DNA of 64,000 bases from an uncultured Candidatus Saccharibacteria bacterium (GCA_965230915.1 OZ246395.1:664935-728934), one strand, 5' to 3'. Counted from the stretch's first letter, positions 29,467-40,444 are shown. Made by a program: numbers and translations. Notes: generated by a model from the sequence alone, not told the origin.

Positions 29467-30039
29467 TCACTTAAGTTTAAGACTATATACTTCGATAATT
29501 TCTTTACCGCTTTCTGTTGTGGATCGGTATTCACCTTGTATTTCAACGATCAGACCTACAGACAAATTAAGATCGTTAGTATTTGAATATATATACGCTA
29601 TATTTTTACCATCATTTCCTTCTAATTCAAAATTTGTTGTTTTATCACTAGTCTGCACAGAATTTTTAACAATTTTTCCTGATATTTTCCTTTCTCGGTT
29701 AGCGTAATAATTCGGCGTAAAATATGCTGAATTGGCTTGTTCATCTGCTAATGAACTAGATCCGGAATTTGCGGTTAGATTATTAGCATTCACATAAAAA
29801 TTAACAGCAAAATACATGCCTATAGATATAACAGCTACTAAAATTCCATATGTAATCATTTTAGACTTTTTACTCGGTGGATTTTTGAATTCTTCTTGCT
29901 GTTCCTTTAAGAGTGAGTTGAAATATATTTCAGTTTCGCTTGGGTTTAATTTATTTTCTTTTGACTCTTGAGATTTCGTTGTGTTTGCTTGTGTATTTGG
30001 TGGATTTTCCATGGCAGACCTTTTAAGAGAGTATACCAA
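29467..30039 (-). CDS. Membrane-anchored protein with extracytoplasmic ~110 aa domain, function unknown
   Basis: 190 aa. Polar N-terminus, a single TM helix ([18 protein letters not shown]), then a beta-rich C-terminal domain. Sits between prfB and ftsE. Start is uncertain (internal Met possible). Confidence 0.45.
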   Translation of the reverse strand: MVYSLKRSAMENPPNTQANTTKSQESKENKLNPSETEIYFNSLLKEQQEEFKNPPSKKSKMITYGILVAVISIGMYFAVNFYVNANNLTANSGSSSLADEQANSAYFTPNYYANRERKISGKIVKNSVQTSDKTTNFELEGNDGKNIAYIYSNTNDLNLSVGLIVEIQGEYRSTTESGKEIIEVYSLKLK

Positions 30040-31033
30040 ATCTGAGATTTGATTGTATGAATCCTTCTAGGTCACCGTCTAAAACTGCATCTGGGTTTGG
30101 AGATTCGTAGTCACTTCTGTGATCTTTTACCATTTTATATGGTTGAAGCACATATGAACGTATCTGATTTCCCCAAGCTGGTTCTTTGTAGACACCTTTT
30201 ATTTTAGCTTCTTCTTCTTGGCGCTTCTCTTCTTCGAGTTTCACTAATTTTGAAATAAGCATTCGCATAGCGATTTCGCGGTTTTTCGGCTGACTTCTTT
30301 CCTGTTGAGATGCCACAACAATTCCAGTTGGAATATGCCGAATCCTAATTGCAGTTTCTACTTTGTTCACATTTTGCCCGCCGGCGCCTCCAGAACGCAT
30401 CATTGAAAGTTCAAGATCTTCGTCTCGAATTTCGATAGCCTTTGCGTCTTCTATAAACGGCATAACCTCGACTCCTGCAAAAGACGTTTGTCGAAGATTT
30501 TGCGCATTAAATGGGGAAAGACGCACTAATCTGTGTGTACCATTTTCATGCTTTAGCATTCCGTACGCATAGAGACCTTGGACAAAAAGTGTTGCCGTTT
30601 TTATTCCGGCCTCTTCGCCATCAATTTTATTAACTAGACTGTAATGCCAGCCTTTTCGTTCAAAATATCGTTGATACATTCGCAAAAGCATTGCAGCCCA
30701 ATCCATGGCTTCAGTACCACCCGACCCGGCATGTACAGTCAAATATGCATCGCTTTTATCGTATTTTCCGCTTAAATATAGAGTTAGCTCTAAGTCAGAT
30801 ACAATTTTTTCGATTTCTTCGTCAGATCCTTCAGAGGCCATTAAATCAAGCATTTCGATGTTATCTAGATCTTTTTTTAGTAAAGATAGCTCTTGAGAGG
30901 CTTTTGCAGCAGCCTCACGATTATCCCAGAATGATGGCTTGGACATTTCTGACTCAATCTCAGCAATTCTCTGTGATAATTTTTCTGGGTTTAGGCTTTT
31001 TTTAATATTTAAGATTCTGTCCTGTAGCTCCAT
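30023..31033 (-). CDS. prfB: Peptide chain release factor 2 (no programmed frameshift)
   Basis: 336 aa. 'SPF' tripeptide (RF2 stop-codon recognition) and 'GGQ' motif '[26 protein letters not shown]'. Frame is contiguous from the ATG. Confidence 0.9.
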   Translation of the reverse strand: MELQDRILNIKKSLNPEKLSQRIAEIESEMSKPSFWDNREAAAKASQELSLLKKDLDNIEMLDLMASEGSDEEIEKIVSDLELTLYLSGKYDKSDAYLTVHAGSGGTEAMDWAAMLLRMYQRYFERKGWHYSLVNKIDGEEAGIKTATLFVQGLYAYGMLKHENGTHRLVRLSPFNAQNLRQTSFAGVEVMPFIEDAKAIEIRDEDLELSMMRSGGAGGQNVNKVETAIRIRHIPTGIVVASQQERSQPKNREIAMRMLISKLVKLEEEKRQEEEAKIKGVYKEPAWGNQIRSYVLQPYKMVKDHRSDYESPNPDAVLDGDLEGFIQSNLRFGILS

Positions 31034-31038
31034 ATGAA

Positions 31039-33567
31039 TTATTGGATCATATCAAATTTATATGTGTCTCCGCTATTTATTTCACCTGCAATTATTTTTT
31101 CGGCTAATGGAGTTTCAACCTTGTCTTCTATTACACGATTTAACTCTCGGGCACCCCACTCTGGTGAATATGCCATTTCGGCTATCTGACTAACAGCTGA
31201 ATCAGAAAATAAAATGTCTATCTTCTTTTCTTGAATCTTATTATGCAAAGCACTCAACTTTATCTTGGTAATTTCAAAAACATTGTCTTTTGATAGTGGT
31301 GCATACGGAATTAAAGAAGTGAAACGATTTAAAAATTCCATTGGGAAATATGCTTTTAATTCATTTAGTGCAACTTCGGCAATGTTTTTCCCCGAGCTGT
31401 TTTCCATTATGCTTTTTGTAACTGCTTTGGTTCCAACATTTGTGGTCATGATGATAAATGTATTTGTAAAATCATAGGTTTTACCTGAAGCTGAAGTTAA
31501 ACGACCATCATCTAAAACCTGCAAAAATAAATTTAAAACATTTTTGTCGGCTTTTTCGATTTCATCTAAAAGAATTAATGTATATGGAGATTCCTGGATT
31601 TTTTGAATTAAATATCCAACATAACCTGCACTATCACCTATTAACCTATTAACCGAATCCTGATTCTGATACTCACTCATATCTACGCGCACGAGTCGGT
31701 CTTTGCTTCCAAAGTAAGTTTCAGCTAAAACTTTTGCTGTTTCGGTTTTACCGACTCCGGTTGGGCCAGCGAATAAAAAGCTGGCAATAGGTTTATTTTC
31801 ATTCCTGATTCCGGCACGCGCTCTTTTTAGGGCTTTTGAGATTGAAACTATAGCTTGATCTTGTCCGATTATTTTCTGCTTTAATATGCTTTCTAGATTT
31901 AGGAGAGTTTCTTTCTCATTTTTATCAACCGAATTAGCCGGCACCCTAAATCTCGTAGAAATAAACGATAAAATTTCATCACGGGAAACTATATGATCTT
32001 GATTTTTATCGCTACCATATGATTGTGTCAAAATTGAAAGTGCTTTATCAGGAAAAGCCCGATCATGAACATAACGTTTCCCTGATTCTAGAATTGCCTT
32101 AAGTGCCGGATACGTATACTTAATTTTTCTTTGGGGCTCGATTGTTTTTGCATAATCTTCCATTATTAAAGTTGTTTCATCGTCAGTAGTTTCGCGAAGT
32201 TCAATTACGTCAAATGTCCGAGCAAATGAGTCATTTGGTTTTATGTACTTTAAATAGTTATCGTATGAGGTTGTTCCGATAAATTGGAATTTTCCACTCG
32301 ATAAGTATGGTTCTAAAACCGCAAAAACCGCGGAAGCATTGGGGTCATCTGAAGATAAAGTCGAAAGATTATGAATTTCATCTATAAACAAAATAATATT
32401 CCCTGAATATTCAGCTTCTTTTGCAATTTTTGATGTTAATTGTGAAATATCTGCAGATTTCCCAGAAGTAAGTGCGCCTGCATCAATTGAAATTATTCTT
32501 TTATGTTTTAATGCTGGAATAGCCGTTCCAAGGGCGATTTCACGCGCAAGAGCTTTTATAAAGGTCGTCTTACCAGCGCCAGCTGCGGCCACTAACATAA
32601 CATTATTAATTGATGGTTTTGAGAGCACCGAAATAATCGAGTCTTCAATGTCATGACGCCCTAAAAGCCTCGGTAAACCTCCTTTTAAGGCCAATTTAGT
32701 TAGGTCGACTCCGACTCTATTTATATTCGGAGTATATGCAATTGCCCATCCTTTATCGATTCCTCCGGCTGGTGGAATTTGAAAATCGTCATCCCATACT
32801 TTAGGATCTGATGACTTTACATAATGCAAAAACTTGAGGGCTTCAATCAATGATGCTTCATCGAACCTATGTTTGTTCATATGCGATACAGCATTAGGAA
32901 GTTGTAAAAAATATGCCGTAAATAAGTCGGCTAAATGAAGCCTTTTATCAGAATACACATCAGTCTTACTTATTTCTTGAATTTTTGCTTTAAATCTTTC
33001 AGCGTCAAATTCATTTGCATTCAAATCAATAAATTTAAGCGTATCTTCAAGCGGAAGCTCAGCACGAATTAGTAAATCTTTAATATCCCGAGCATCTGAG
33101 AAAGAAGCTACTAATGGACGGGCATTTCCATTTTTGGCCGTCTTGTATAAAAAGTTTGTCTGCCAAAATGCTGTAAGACTTTTATTTTCAATTGTAATCG
33201 GGTTATAAAAATAATAATTGTAGAGTTCACAGACAAATACAAATAACAGGAAGAGAATTGCGTAAACTGGCTTGTTAATAAGCAAATAGAAAAGTAAAAA
33301 ATAAACTGAAACATACCCAAGTAAAGCTATCGCAATATAAAGTGTAATTATTATTAACGCCAAAACTATAGATAATGATCGAATTACAAAACCATTAACT
33401 CGTGACAAAAAACCTGCCATACCAAAAAGTGGCTTAAAAAGACTCTTCATCATTACAACTAAACCAAACCTATGACTTAATAGTATTGAGGACCTATATA
33501 AAACTACGAAATATCTTTTATGGATGTCTAGGCAAAAGAATTTGATGGTATAGGAAACAAAATCCAT
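31039..33567 (-). CDS. Membrane-anchored Hsp100/Clp-family double AAA+ ATPase (ClpA/ClpC-like, no M-domain, no recognisable ClpP-binding loop)
   Basis: 842 aa. N-terminal ~130 aa carry 3-4 TM helices. D1 Walker A '[10 protein letters not shown]' and Walker B '[10 protein letters not shown]'. D2 Walker A '[12 protein letters not shown]', Walker B 'ILLDEIEKA' and sensor '[10 protein letters not shown]'. No IGF/IGL tripeptide after 'IMTTNVG'. True start may be the internal Met (MMKSLF...). Confidence 0.7.
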   Translation of the reverse strand: MDFVSYTIKFFCLDIHKRYFVVLYRSSILLSHRFGLVVMMKSLFKPLFGMAGFLSRVNGFVIRSLSIVLALIIITLYIAIALLGYVSVYFLLFYLLINKPVYAILFLLFVFVCELYNYYFYNPITIENKSLTAFWQTNFLYKTAKNGNARPLVASFSDARDIKDLLIRAELPLEDTLKFIDLNANEFDAERFKAKIQEISKTDVYSDKRLHLADLFTAYFLQLPNAVSHMNKHRFDEASLIEALKFLHYVKSSDPKVWDDDFQIPPAGGIDKGWAIAYTPNINRVGVDLTKLALKGGLPRLLGRHDIEDSIISVLSKPSINNVMLVAAAGAGKTTFIKALAREIALGTAIPALKHKRIISIDAGALTSGKSADISQLTSKIAKEAEYSGNIILFIDEIHNLSTLSSDDPNASAVFAVLEPYLSSGKFQFIGTTSYDNYLKYIKPNDSFARTFDVIELRETTDDETTLIMEDYAKTIEPQRKIKYTYPALKAILESGKRYVHDRAFPDKALSILTQSYGSDKNQDHIVSRDEILSFISTRFRVPANSVDKNEKETLLNLESILKQKIIGQDQAIVSISKALKRARAGIRNENKPIASFLFAGPTGVGKTETAKVLAETYFGSKDRLVRVDMSEYQNQDSVNRLIGDSAGYVGYLIQKIQESPYTLILLDEIEKADKNVLNLFLQVLDDGRLTSASGKTYDFTNTFIIMTTNVGTKAVTKSIMENSSGKNIAEVALNELKAYFPMEFLNRFTSLIPYAPLSKDNVFEITKIKLSALHNKIQEKKIDILFSDSAVSQIAEMAYSPEWGARELNRVIEDKVETPLAEKIIAGEINSGDTYKFDMIQ

Positions 33568-33627
33568 ACATCTATTGTAGCAACTTTAGAGTTTAGAATG
33601 GGTCAAAAACAAAAAAGCATTTAGCTA

Positions 33628-34728
33628 TCAACCTAACATGCTTTTCTTCAATTCGTTTATAACCGTATATGGATTGCTTCCGATTACGCTTTGAGCAAAA
33701 AGTTCCATGGCTCCAATATCCGCGGTTTTGCTTGAAAGATTTCCACGATCTACAATTCTAACTATAACTGGCATATGATCCCAAACTTCGGGAGTCTTAG
33801 CCATTGGAGGTATTATGACGCCGACATTAAATGTAACTACACCTAAGCGTTCCTTAACATTTTTTAGAACTTCTCCTGTGATTGTGGCCAAATTAGCATC
33901 AAATGCCTTGCCTATTAATACAATCTCTTTTTCTTTTACTGGGGTAATTTTAGATATAATTTTTATACCTTCCTTTTCGAATGCGAGCCCTAAATTTTCG
34001 TGGATTTTGAAGTCGTCTTCGAAATAATTTGTTTTATATTCTTCCTGATATTCAAGCGCATGTGATCGCATTTCTTCAATTTTTGCATAAGCCTGACCTT
34101 CGGTTAAGGTTATTTGTGCGTGGCCATGAATAACCGACGAACCCGCGTTCCATAAACAATTCCACATATAAAATGGGTAAATAGCTTTCGGATTAACTTC
34201 ATGGGCTTTGGCAAACCATTGTGCGGCAACGTCAAAATAATCTCGCAACCTTTCGCGAGTGAACATTAGGGGATTATGGTCATCATAAATAACTAGCCCG
34301 TGAAATCCGTCATATTTCGTAACATTGGATGCAGTCATAGAAAATTTGCCCTGAATTCTTCCGAATGTATCTGCAGGAGTTCCAGTTAATGGATGTGCAA
34401 ACGGACCGTCGCTTCCTTTTTCAATTTCTTTTACGATTTCACTTAATTGACTATCAAAAATAACCGGACGTTTAGTTCTTAACTCGTTAAAGATAGATCC
34501 TTCGTACAAAACATGGTTTGTAATTTTTATAAAATCCTGAACCTTAACAGCATCAACTGAACCGAACGTCGTTTCGATCCATGTTGTCATTTCTGTTGGG
34601 GGAATTAGCTCACCTCGGGTTTCCCAATACGTATAAATTCTTTCGAATAAAAATTTTTGTTCTTGATTGAAATTTTTTATGTGTTCTAAAAATTCTTCTT
34701 TAAAACCTTTTTGCGGAGTAGTAGTCAT
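33628..34728 (-). CDS. GalT-like HIT-superfamily nucleotidyltransferase/phosphorylase (HxHxQ motif)
   Basis: 366 aa. 'AGSSVIHGHAQITL' matches the GalT/Ap4A-phosphorylase HxHxQ active-site motif. Two-half GalT-like size. Specificity unknown. Confidence 0.45.
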   Translation of the reverse strand: MTTTPQKGFKEEFLEHIKNFNQEQKFLFERIYTYWETRGELIPPTEMTTWIETTFGSVDAVKVQDFIKITNHVLYEGSIFNELRTKRPVIFDSQLSEIVKEIEKGSDGPFAHPLTGTPADTFGRIQGKFSMTASNVTKYDGFHGLVIYDDHNPLMFTRERLRDYFDVAAQWFAKAHEVNPKAIYPFYMWNCLWNAGSSVIHGHAQITLTEGQAYAKIEEMRSHALEYQEEYKTNYFEDDFKIHENLGLAFEKEGIKIISKITPVKEKEIVLIGKAFDANLATITGEVLKNVKERLGVVTFNVGVIIPPMAKTPEVWDHMPVIVRIVDRGNLSSKTADIGAMELFAQSVIGSNPYTVINELKKSMLG

Positions 34729-34777
34729 GAAAACAATATAACATCATAATTTGTTATATCAAACCATAGATTTAATT

Positions 34778-35536
34778 TTAGCTATAAAATTTCTCGTAGA
34801 AAATTGAAGTTTCTGGAACACCTCTCTCGATAAGTTCACCTTCAACATCACTTATCATCTTGCCGCTTCCGCAGACGAAAAATTGCGCGTCCTGGAGAGT
34901 TTCTTCAGGTGTTATTTCAATAAATTGAGTTACATAACCTTCTATAGCACCTGGCAAACTTGCTTGTGATAGGTAAATTCTGAAATCAGAAATTAATCCA
35001 GTATCTAAATATTTATTAAATAATTCTTCGTAAAAAATGTCTCCTATATATCGTGTTCCAAAATGCACATGAATTCTATGGTTTTTATATCTCTCATCAG
35101 AAATCAGTGTTTCTATCATTGATTTTAGCGGAGCTAGCCCGACACCTGTCGCGATAAAAAATAAATTTTTATCGAGCGCTTCGGGTAAAACAAATAATCC
35201 AATCTGACCAATAAATTTTATTTCATCGCCAGGTTTTAAATTCATTAAATATTGTGTCCCGACCCCGTTTGGTTTTATATCTATTACAATTTTAAAAATA
35301 TTTTTTGAACTTAATGGAGAAGTCGAAATTGAATACTGCCTTCTAGTTGTTGGGTTAATTTCTAAAGCAATGTATTGGCCCGGCTCAAAATTTAATTCAG
35401 TTGGGGCAACCATCTGGAATAAAAATTCATAAACCGTGTCAGCTAATATATTTCGTTCGATTAATTTTGCGGTTCCTCTAATCGGAGCTGTAGTATCGTT
35501 CATACTATGGATAAATTTGATTACCTTCAGTATCAA
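34778..35536 (-). CDS. FNR-family FAD/NAD(P)H oxidoreductase (ferredoxin-NADP+ reductase-like / PyrK-like without Fe-S tail)
   Basis: 252 aa. FAD-binding 'RQYSISTSP' (RxYS) and NAD-binding glycine loop 'FFIATGVGLAPLKSMI'. 'FFVCGSGKM' lies near the C-terminus. Confidence 0.65.
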   Translation of the reverse strand: MILKVIKFIHSMNDTTAPIRGTAKLIERNILADTVYEFLFQMVAPTELNFEPGQYIALEINPTTRRQYSISTSPLSSKNIFKIVIDIKPNGVGTQYLMNLKPGDEIKFIGQIGLFVLPEALDKNLFFIATGVGLAPLKSMIETLISDERYKNHRIHVHFGTRYIGDIFYEELFNKYLDTGLISDFRIYLSQASLPGAIEGYVTQFIEITPEETLQDAQFFVCGSGKMISDVEGELIERGVPETSIFYEKFYS

Positions 35537-35783
35537 ATACCTTTATTGCCAAAGTTGGGCAACTCATTGCACCATCTATAATATCTTTGTCTACATCGCC
35601 ATTTACGCTTAAAACAATTGCCTTGCCCTCATCGTCTAATTTATAAGTATTCGGTGCTAATGCGACACATGTTCCTGCACCGATACAAAGATCTCGATCG
35701 ATTTCGATCCGACCGACTTTTACGGTTTTCTTGTCGTTGTTGGTTGGTTGGTTAGTTTGTGATGTCATAGTCTTCTGTTTCAT
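35505..35783 (-). CDS. Ferredoxin (single-cluster, CxxGxC...CP type)
   Basis: 92 aa. 'RDLCIGAGTCVALAP' ... 'AMSCPTLAI' is the classic Cys ligand pattern of small [3Fe-4S]/[4Fe-4S] ferredoxins. Overlaps the FNR-like gene (operon). Confidence 0.7.
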   Translation of the reverse strand: MKQKTMTSQTNQPTNNDKKTVKVGRIEIDRDLCIGAGTCVALAPNTYKLDDEGKAIVLSVNGDVDKDIIDGAMSCPTLAIKVFDTEGNQIYP

Positions 35784-36024
35784 TATTAATCACTTTGTTC
35801 GCTTCTTCAATCATTTCGTCGATTTCCTCATCAATCATTCCATGTAATTTTGCACCGTCTTCTATAGTATCGAACTGGCTTGCAAAACATGAGGCACAAT
35901 GTAAGCCAAATGCTGCAAAAACTTCAACAACTTCTGGATATTTAAACACAGTTTCAGCTACGTTTGCACGTTTATCTAATTCAATTCTCTTTACTTTTTC
36001 GGTTTTATTTGTTTTTGATTGCAT
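35752..36024 (-). CDS. DUF1858-like small redox/disulfide domain protein
   Basis: 90 aa. 'ETVFKYPEVVEVFAAFGLHCASCFAS...TIEDGAKLHG' matches the DUF1858 (hybrid-cluster-protein-associated / ScdA N-terminal) pattern with a CxxC pair. Confidence 0.45.
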   Translation of the reverse strand: MQSKTNKTEKVKRIELDKRANVAETVFKYPEVVEVFAAFGLHCASCFASQFDTIEDGAKLHGMIDEEIDEMIEEANKVINNETEDYDITN

Positions 36025-36373
36025 CTTTTAAAGCGTTAATAGAAACCATCACACATTTTTCACGAGATGGAGTCACGTCTAAACCAATTAGTTCTAAAAC
36101 TTCTTCTTTGTTTAAACTATTAATTTCTGAAATATTTTTTCCTATTAATTCGTCGGACAAAATCGACATTGTTCCCGTACTAATAATACATCCGTCAGAT
36201 TGGTATCCAATATCAAAAATTTTGCCGTTTTCATCTGCTAAAATCTGAACTTCAATTGAATCTCCACATGAGAAATTGGCATCTCTTCCGGAATAATTGG
36301 CAGCATCAAGTTTTTTGCTGTTTGGCTGATTCTTATAATGATAAATAAATTCCTGTGAATAAATATCTGCCAT
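36005..36373 (-). CDS. sufU: SufU/IscU-like Fe-S cluster assembly sulfur-transfer/scaffold protein
   Basis: 122 aa. 'NFSCGDSIEVQI', 'SDGCIISTG' and C-terminal 'REKC' are the three conserved Cys motifs of the NifU N-terminal/SufU family. Confidence 0.75.
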   Translation of the reverse strand: MADIYSQEFIYHYKNQPNSKKLDAANYSGRDANFSCGDSIEVQILADENGKIFDIGYQSDGCIISTGTMSILSDELIGKNISEINSLNKEEVLELIGLDVTPSREKCVMVSINALKDAIKNK

Positions 36374-36377
36374 ATTT

Positions 36378-37601
36378 TTATCCTAAAATTTGTTGCGCTT
36401 TATCTAATGCGCTAACTAATACATCTATATCTTCTTTTGTGTTGTAGAAATAAACACTAAGTCTTGTTGAAGTACTTACGTGTTCTTTGTGCCATGGCAT
36501 ATTGCAATGCTGTCCTGATCGAACAGCGACTCCTTCTGTATTTAAAATAGTAGCCAAATCATGTGACGGAATATTTTTTAAATTAAAAGTAATAAGCCCG
36601 CCTTTTATTTCTGCGTTTGTTGACCCATACACTTCAATATCTTCGCGAGCTGTTAATTTTTGTAACGCGTATGCGATTAAATCTTTGCCATATTCTTCGA
36701 TATTATCTAAACCAATATTATTCAAATAATCGCATGCTGCAGCAAGGCCAACAGCTCCTGAAACATTCGGCGTTCCTGCTTCTAGAAATTCCGGCATCGC
36801 GGTGTAAGTTGCATCTTGAAGAGTTACTTCACGGATCATTCCTCCACCAAGGTTGTATGGTTTTAATTCTGGAAACGCATCGCGGTTTGCCCATAAAACG
36901 CCGATTCCCATTGGGCCGCACATTTTGTGCCCACTAAATGCAAAGAAATCAATTCCCATGCTTTGTACATTTACTGACATATGAGGAACCGATTGGGCTC
37001 CATCTACAAAAATTCTGGCGTTATTAGTTTTACCATGAATATATTTAGCAATTTCTTTAACATTGTTAACCGATCCTAAAATATTTGAAACATGATTGAA
37101 TGCAACAAAACGAACTTTTTCCCAATCAGTGTTTACGGCTTTAATATCAAGTAAACCTTCGGAATTAATTGGAATAAACTTAATTTCAAATCCAATTTCT
37201 TTTGCAAGATTTTGCCATGGAACCAAATTTGAATGATGTTCCACCTCCGAAACTAAAATGATTTCGTCCTTTTTTAAACTATTTCTGATCCATGAATACG
37301 CGATTAGGTTTGAAGCTTCGGTAGTATTTCTTACAAAAACAACTTCAGCCGGAACAACCGCGTGTATAAACTTAGCGACTGTTTCACGTGCTTTTTCATA
37401 CATATCTGTAGCTTCTTCGCTAAGCATATGAACTCCACGGTGAACATTCGCACGATGATTGCTGTCAAATTCAACAACTGCTTCAATAACCTGTTTTGGC
37501 ATCTGAGAAGTTGCAGCGTTATCTAGGTAAACCAACCGTTTGCCTTTTACTGTTCTGTTAAATATTGGAAAATCTTTTTTGATTTCTTCTGCGTTAAGCA
37601 T
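36378..37601 (-). CDS. sufS: Cysteine desulfurase SufS (class II aminotransferase-V)
   Basis: 407 aa. PLP-lysine context 'FSGHKMCGPMGIGVLW' and active-site Cys loop 'RSGQHCNMPW' are typical of SufS/CsdA. Confidence 0.9.
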   Translation of the reverse strand: MLNAEEIKKDFPIFNRTVKGKRLVYLDNAATSQMPKQVIEAVVEFDSNHRANVHRGVHMLSEEATDMYEKARETVAKFIHAVVPAEVVFVRNTTEASNLIAYSWIRNSLKKDEIILVSEVEHHSNLVPWQNLAKEIGFEIKFIPINSEGLLDIKAVNTDWEKVRFVAFNHVSNILGSVNNVKEIAKYIHGKTNNARIFVDGAQSVPHMSVNVQSMGIDFFAFSGHKMCGPMGIGVLWANRDAFPELKPYNLGGGMIREVTLQDATYTAMPEFLEAGTPNVSGAVGLAAACDYLNNIGLDNIEEYGKDLIAYALQKLTAREDIEVYGSTNAEIKGGLITFNLKNIPSHDLATILNTEGVAVRSGQHCNMPWHKEHVSTSTRLSVYFYNTKEDIDVLVSALDKAQQILG

Positions 37602-37602
37602 T

Positions 37603-38220
37603 TTAAGCTTTTATAGACCTATCTACTTCTAGATGCTGATGCACCAATAAATTCTTTATATCAATTTCGGCTGAACTTAATTGCAAAATTTCATTTATAA
37701 AACCGGCGACTAATAATTCTTTAGATTCTTCGTCAGTTAATCCACGTGATTTTAAATAAAACTGCCCAATATCGTCCAAAGTTGAAATGGTAACTCCATG
37801 TGAAGCTTTAACATCATCGGCTTTAATTTCTAATTGTGGAGACGAATTCACAACTGCATCCTCTCCAATTATCAAATTATCGTTTTTTAAATATGCATCT
37901 GATAGGTCAGCGCCTGGCTCAATTTTAATTAATCCACTAAAGTCTAATTTTGATTTATCAAACATAACTGCTTTTATATGAACACGTGATAAAGCATTTT
38001 TTACTTTGTGATTGCTTACGATATTAACCTTATATTCATCAGAATTTCTGCCAATTATAATTCCATATAATTCAAATGATGTATCTTCGTTCTCCAAAAT
38101 AAATTCCAGATCAATTGACCCACCATCTAGTCCTAATAATAAATACGTTCCGTTATTTTTTATTTTAATTTTGTCCGAAACGTGTTCTCTTTCGATTCTT
38201 ATTGTCTTTAATGTTTGCAT
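37603..38220 (-). CDS. sufD: Short SufD-like protein (SufB/SufD family C-terminal beta-helix only)
   Basis: 205 aa. 'DVKASHGVTISTLDDIGQFYLKSRGLTDEESKELLVAGF' is the SufBD signature. About half the length of canonical SufD. Confidence 0.6.
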   Translation of the reverse strand: MQTLKTIRIEREHVSDKIKIKNNGTYLLLGLDGGSIDLEFILENEDTSFELYGIIIGRNSDEYKVNIVSNHKVKNALSRVHIKAVMFDKSKLDFSGLIKIEPGADLSDAYLKNDNLIIGEDAVVNSSPQLEIKADDVKASHGVTISTLDDIGQFYLKSRGLTDEESKELLVAGFINEILQLSSAEIDIKNLLVHQHLEVDRSIKA

Positions 38221-38277
38221 AATTTTTATACTTCAAGAGTATTATTACTAAGTTACAATTCGGGCTTAAAATATTAG

Positions 38278-39696
38278 TTAGCCGACTGAGCCCTCCATCT
38301 CTAATTCAATTAAACGATTAAGTTCTACTGCGTATTCCATTGGCAATTCCTTAATAATAGGTTCAATAAATCCATTAACAATTAATGCAGCTGCAGCGTC
38401 TTCTGATAATCCGCGAGACATCAAATAATACAATTGCTCAGCACCAACTTTTGAAACACTGGCTTCATGGCCAATCTTTACTTTCTTATTATCAATTTTC
38501 ATAAATGGGTATGTATCAGTTCGCGATTCGGGGTCTAGTAATAAAGCATCACAAACAACATTCGATTTTACATTTTCAGCTTTTTTAATAACCTTAACCA
38601 TTCCGCGGTAACTAGCACGGCCAGTCCCTTTCGAAATAGATTTAGAAATAATATTTGATGAAGTGTTTGGAGCTAAATGAATCATTTTTGCTCCAGTATC
38701 TTGGTGTTGTCCGTCAGCTGCAAATGCAAGAGACATAACTTCACCTCGAGCTCCTTCTTCCATTAAATAAACACTTGGATATTTCATTGTGACTTTTGAA
38801 CCAATGTTTCCATCGACCCATTCCATAGTTGCATCTTTATATGCGAATGCGCGTTTAGTAACAAGGTTGTAAACATTTGGAAACCAATTTTGAATTGTTG
38901 TATATCTAAATCGTGCACCTTTTTTAACAATAATTTCTACAACTGCAGAGTGCAAAGAACTATCAGAATAACTTGGAGCCGAACATCCTTCAACATAAGT
39001 TGCATAAGCTCCTTCGTCTACAATAATTAAGGTTCTTTCGAATTGACCTGCGTTTGCAGCATTAATTCTAAAATATGCCTGTAACGGTTTTTCAACTCGC
39101 GCGCCTTTTGGAATATAAACAAAAGATCCGCCAGACCAAACTGCACTATTTAATGCAGCAAATTTATTATCAGCAGGCGGAATAATTTTCCCAAAATATT
39201 CTTTAAAAAATTCCGGATGTTTTTGTAGGGCTTCGTCGGTCCCCATAAAAATAACACCTTGATCGGCCAATTCTTTTTTTAGAGATCCATAAACAATTTC
39301 TGAATCGTATTGCGCTTTAACTCCAGACAAAAATTCGCGTTCAGCTTGAGGAACTCCCAATCTTTCAAAAGTTGTTTTTAAATCATCTGGAACATCATCC
39401 CATTTTTTTTCTTGTCTATCGGTCGGCTTTATATAATAGTGGATATCATCAAATTTGATTCCAGATAAGTCAGCACCCCAATCCGGCATTTTCTTTTCTA
39501 AGAAAAGTTTGTACGCGTTTAATCTGAATTCAAGCATCCACTCTGGCTCATTTTTCATTTTTGAAATTTCGCGAATCACATCTTCATTCAATCCCTTTTT
39601 GGATTTAAATTTAGAAGTATCGGGCATATAAAAGCCTTCTTTATAAGATGTCGTAACTTTAAATTGTTTTTCTTGTTCACTTAGTATCTTAGCCAT
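38278..39696 (-). CDS. sufB: Fe-S cluster assembly protein SufB
   Basis: 472 aa with a full-length SufB signature ('[34 protein letters not shown]'). Confidence 0.9.
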   Translation of the reverse strand: MAKILSEQEKQFKVTTSYKEGFYMPDTSKFKSKKGLNEDVIREISKMKNEPEWMLEFRLNAYKLFLEKKMPDWGADLSGIKFDDIHYYIKPTDRQEKKWDDVPDDLKTTFERLGVPQAEREFLSGVKAQYDSEIVYGSLKKELADQGVIFMGTDEALQKHPEFFKEYFGKIIPPADNKFAALNSAVWSGGSFVYIPKGARVEKPLQAYFRINAANAGQFERTLIIVDEGAYATYVEGCSAPSYSDSSLHSAVVEIIVKKGARFRYTTIQNWFPNVYNLVTKRAFAYKDATMEWVDGNIGSKVTMKYPSVYLMEEGARGEVMSLAFAADGQHQDTGAKMIHLAPNTSSNIISKSISKGTGRASYRGMVKVIKKAENVKSNVVCDALLLDPESRTDTYPFMKIDNKKVKIGHEASVSKVGAEQLYYLMSRGLSEDAAAALIVNGFIEPIIKELPMEYAVELNRLIELEMEGSVG

Positions 39697-40444
39697 TTAG
39701 ATATTTTGAATAACCTTCTTTATCTAGCACATCTGCTAGTTCAGACTTTCCATGGTCAACTAATTTTCCTTTTACTAAAACATGAACTTGATCTGGATTT
39801 AAATATTCCAAAATTCTTTTATAGTGAGTAATAACAAGCATACCTATGTTAAGTTGGTCAGCAAGTTTTCTGCAAGATTCAGCAACAATTTTTAAAGCCG
39901 TAACATCTAACCCAGAATCTGTTTCGTCTAAAATCACATATTTTGGTTCTAAAATCGCCAACTGTAAAATTTCTGCTTTTTTCTTTTCGCCTCCGCTAAA
40001 TCCTTCGTTTAAATTTCTAGATAAGAAGCTTGTGTCCATTTCTAAATTTTTCATTTTTTCTTCAACAAGCTTTTTAAATTTAAATGGAGATAAATCGCGA
40101 TAACTTTCACCCTGTCTTTTCTTTTGAATCGCGTTGTATGATAAACGTAAAAATTCCATAAAAGGAACACCCGGAATTTCAACTGGATACTGAAAAGCTA
40201 AAAACAAGCCTTCTCTGGCACGAGCATCGACTTCAATATCTAATAAATTAATACCGTCTAGTTCTACAGACCCGCCTGTTATTTCAATATCTGGGTGACC
40301 CATTAAAGCAGCAGCTAAGGTAGACTTTCCGCTACCGTTAGGTCCCATAATCGCATGAATTTCTCCACGTTCGATTTGAAGGTCGATTCCCTTTAAAATT
40401 TCCTTATTCTCTCTGGCAGCCTTAAGATTTGTGATTTTCAACAT
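39689..40444 (-). CDS. sufC: Fe-S cluster assembly ATPase SufC
   Basis: 251 aa. Walker A '[10 protein letters not shown]', '[14 protein letters not shown]' and Walker B '[11 protein letters not shown]'. Confidence 0.9.
   Translation of the reverse strand: MLKITNLKAARENKEILKGIDLQIERGEIHAIMGPNGSGKSTLAAALMGHPDIEITGGSVELDGINLLDIEVDARAREGLFLAFQYPVEIPGVPFMEFLRLSYNAIQKKRQGESYRDLSPFKFKKLVEEKMKNLEMDTSFLSRNLNEGFSGGEKKKAEILQLAILEPKYVILDETDSGLDVTALKIVAESCRKLADQLNIGMLVITHYKRILEYLNPDQVHVLVKGKLVDHGKSELADVLDKEGYSKYLNG

Noticed and set aside
28760-29707. 315-aa plus-strand ORF antisense to ftsE, and numerous other 60-135 aa ORFs antisense to well-supported genes (e.g. 6440..6847, 17032..17325, 19074..19436, 30691..31005, 36617..36937, 58965..59351)
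   Set aside because: Each lies entirely inside a strongly supported gene on the opposite strand. They have low-complexity or Ser/Cys/Phe-rich composition typical of antisense frames in AT-rich DNA, and no motifs.
30023-31060. Possible programmed +1 frameshift in prfB (as in E. coli RF2)
   Set aside because: The reading frame is continuous from an ATG that aligns with about residue 12 of E. coli RF2. No in-frame UGA or CUU-UGA slippery site is present upstream. This is an unframeshifted RF2.
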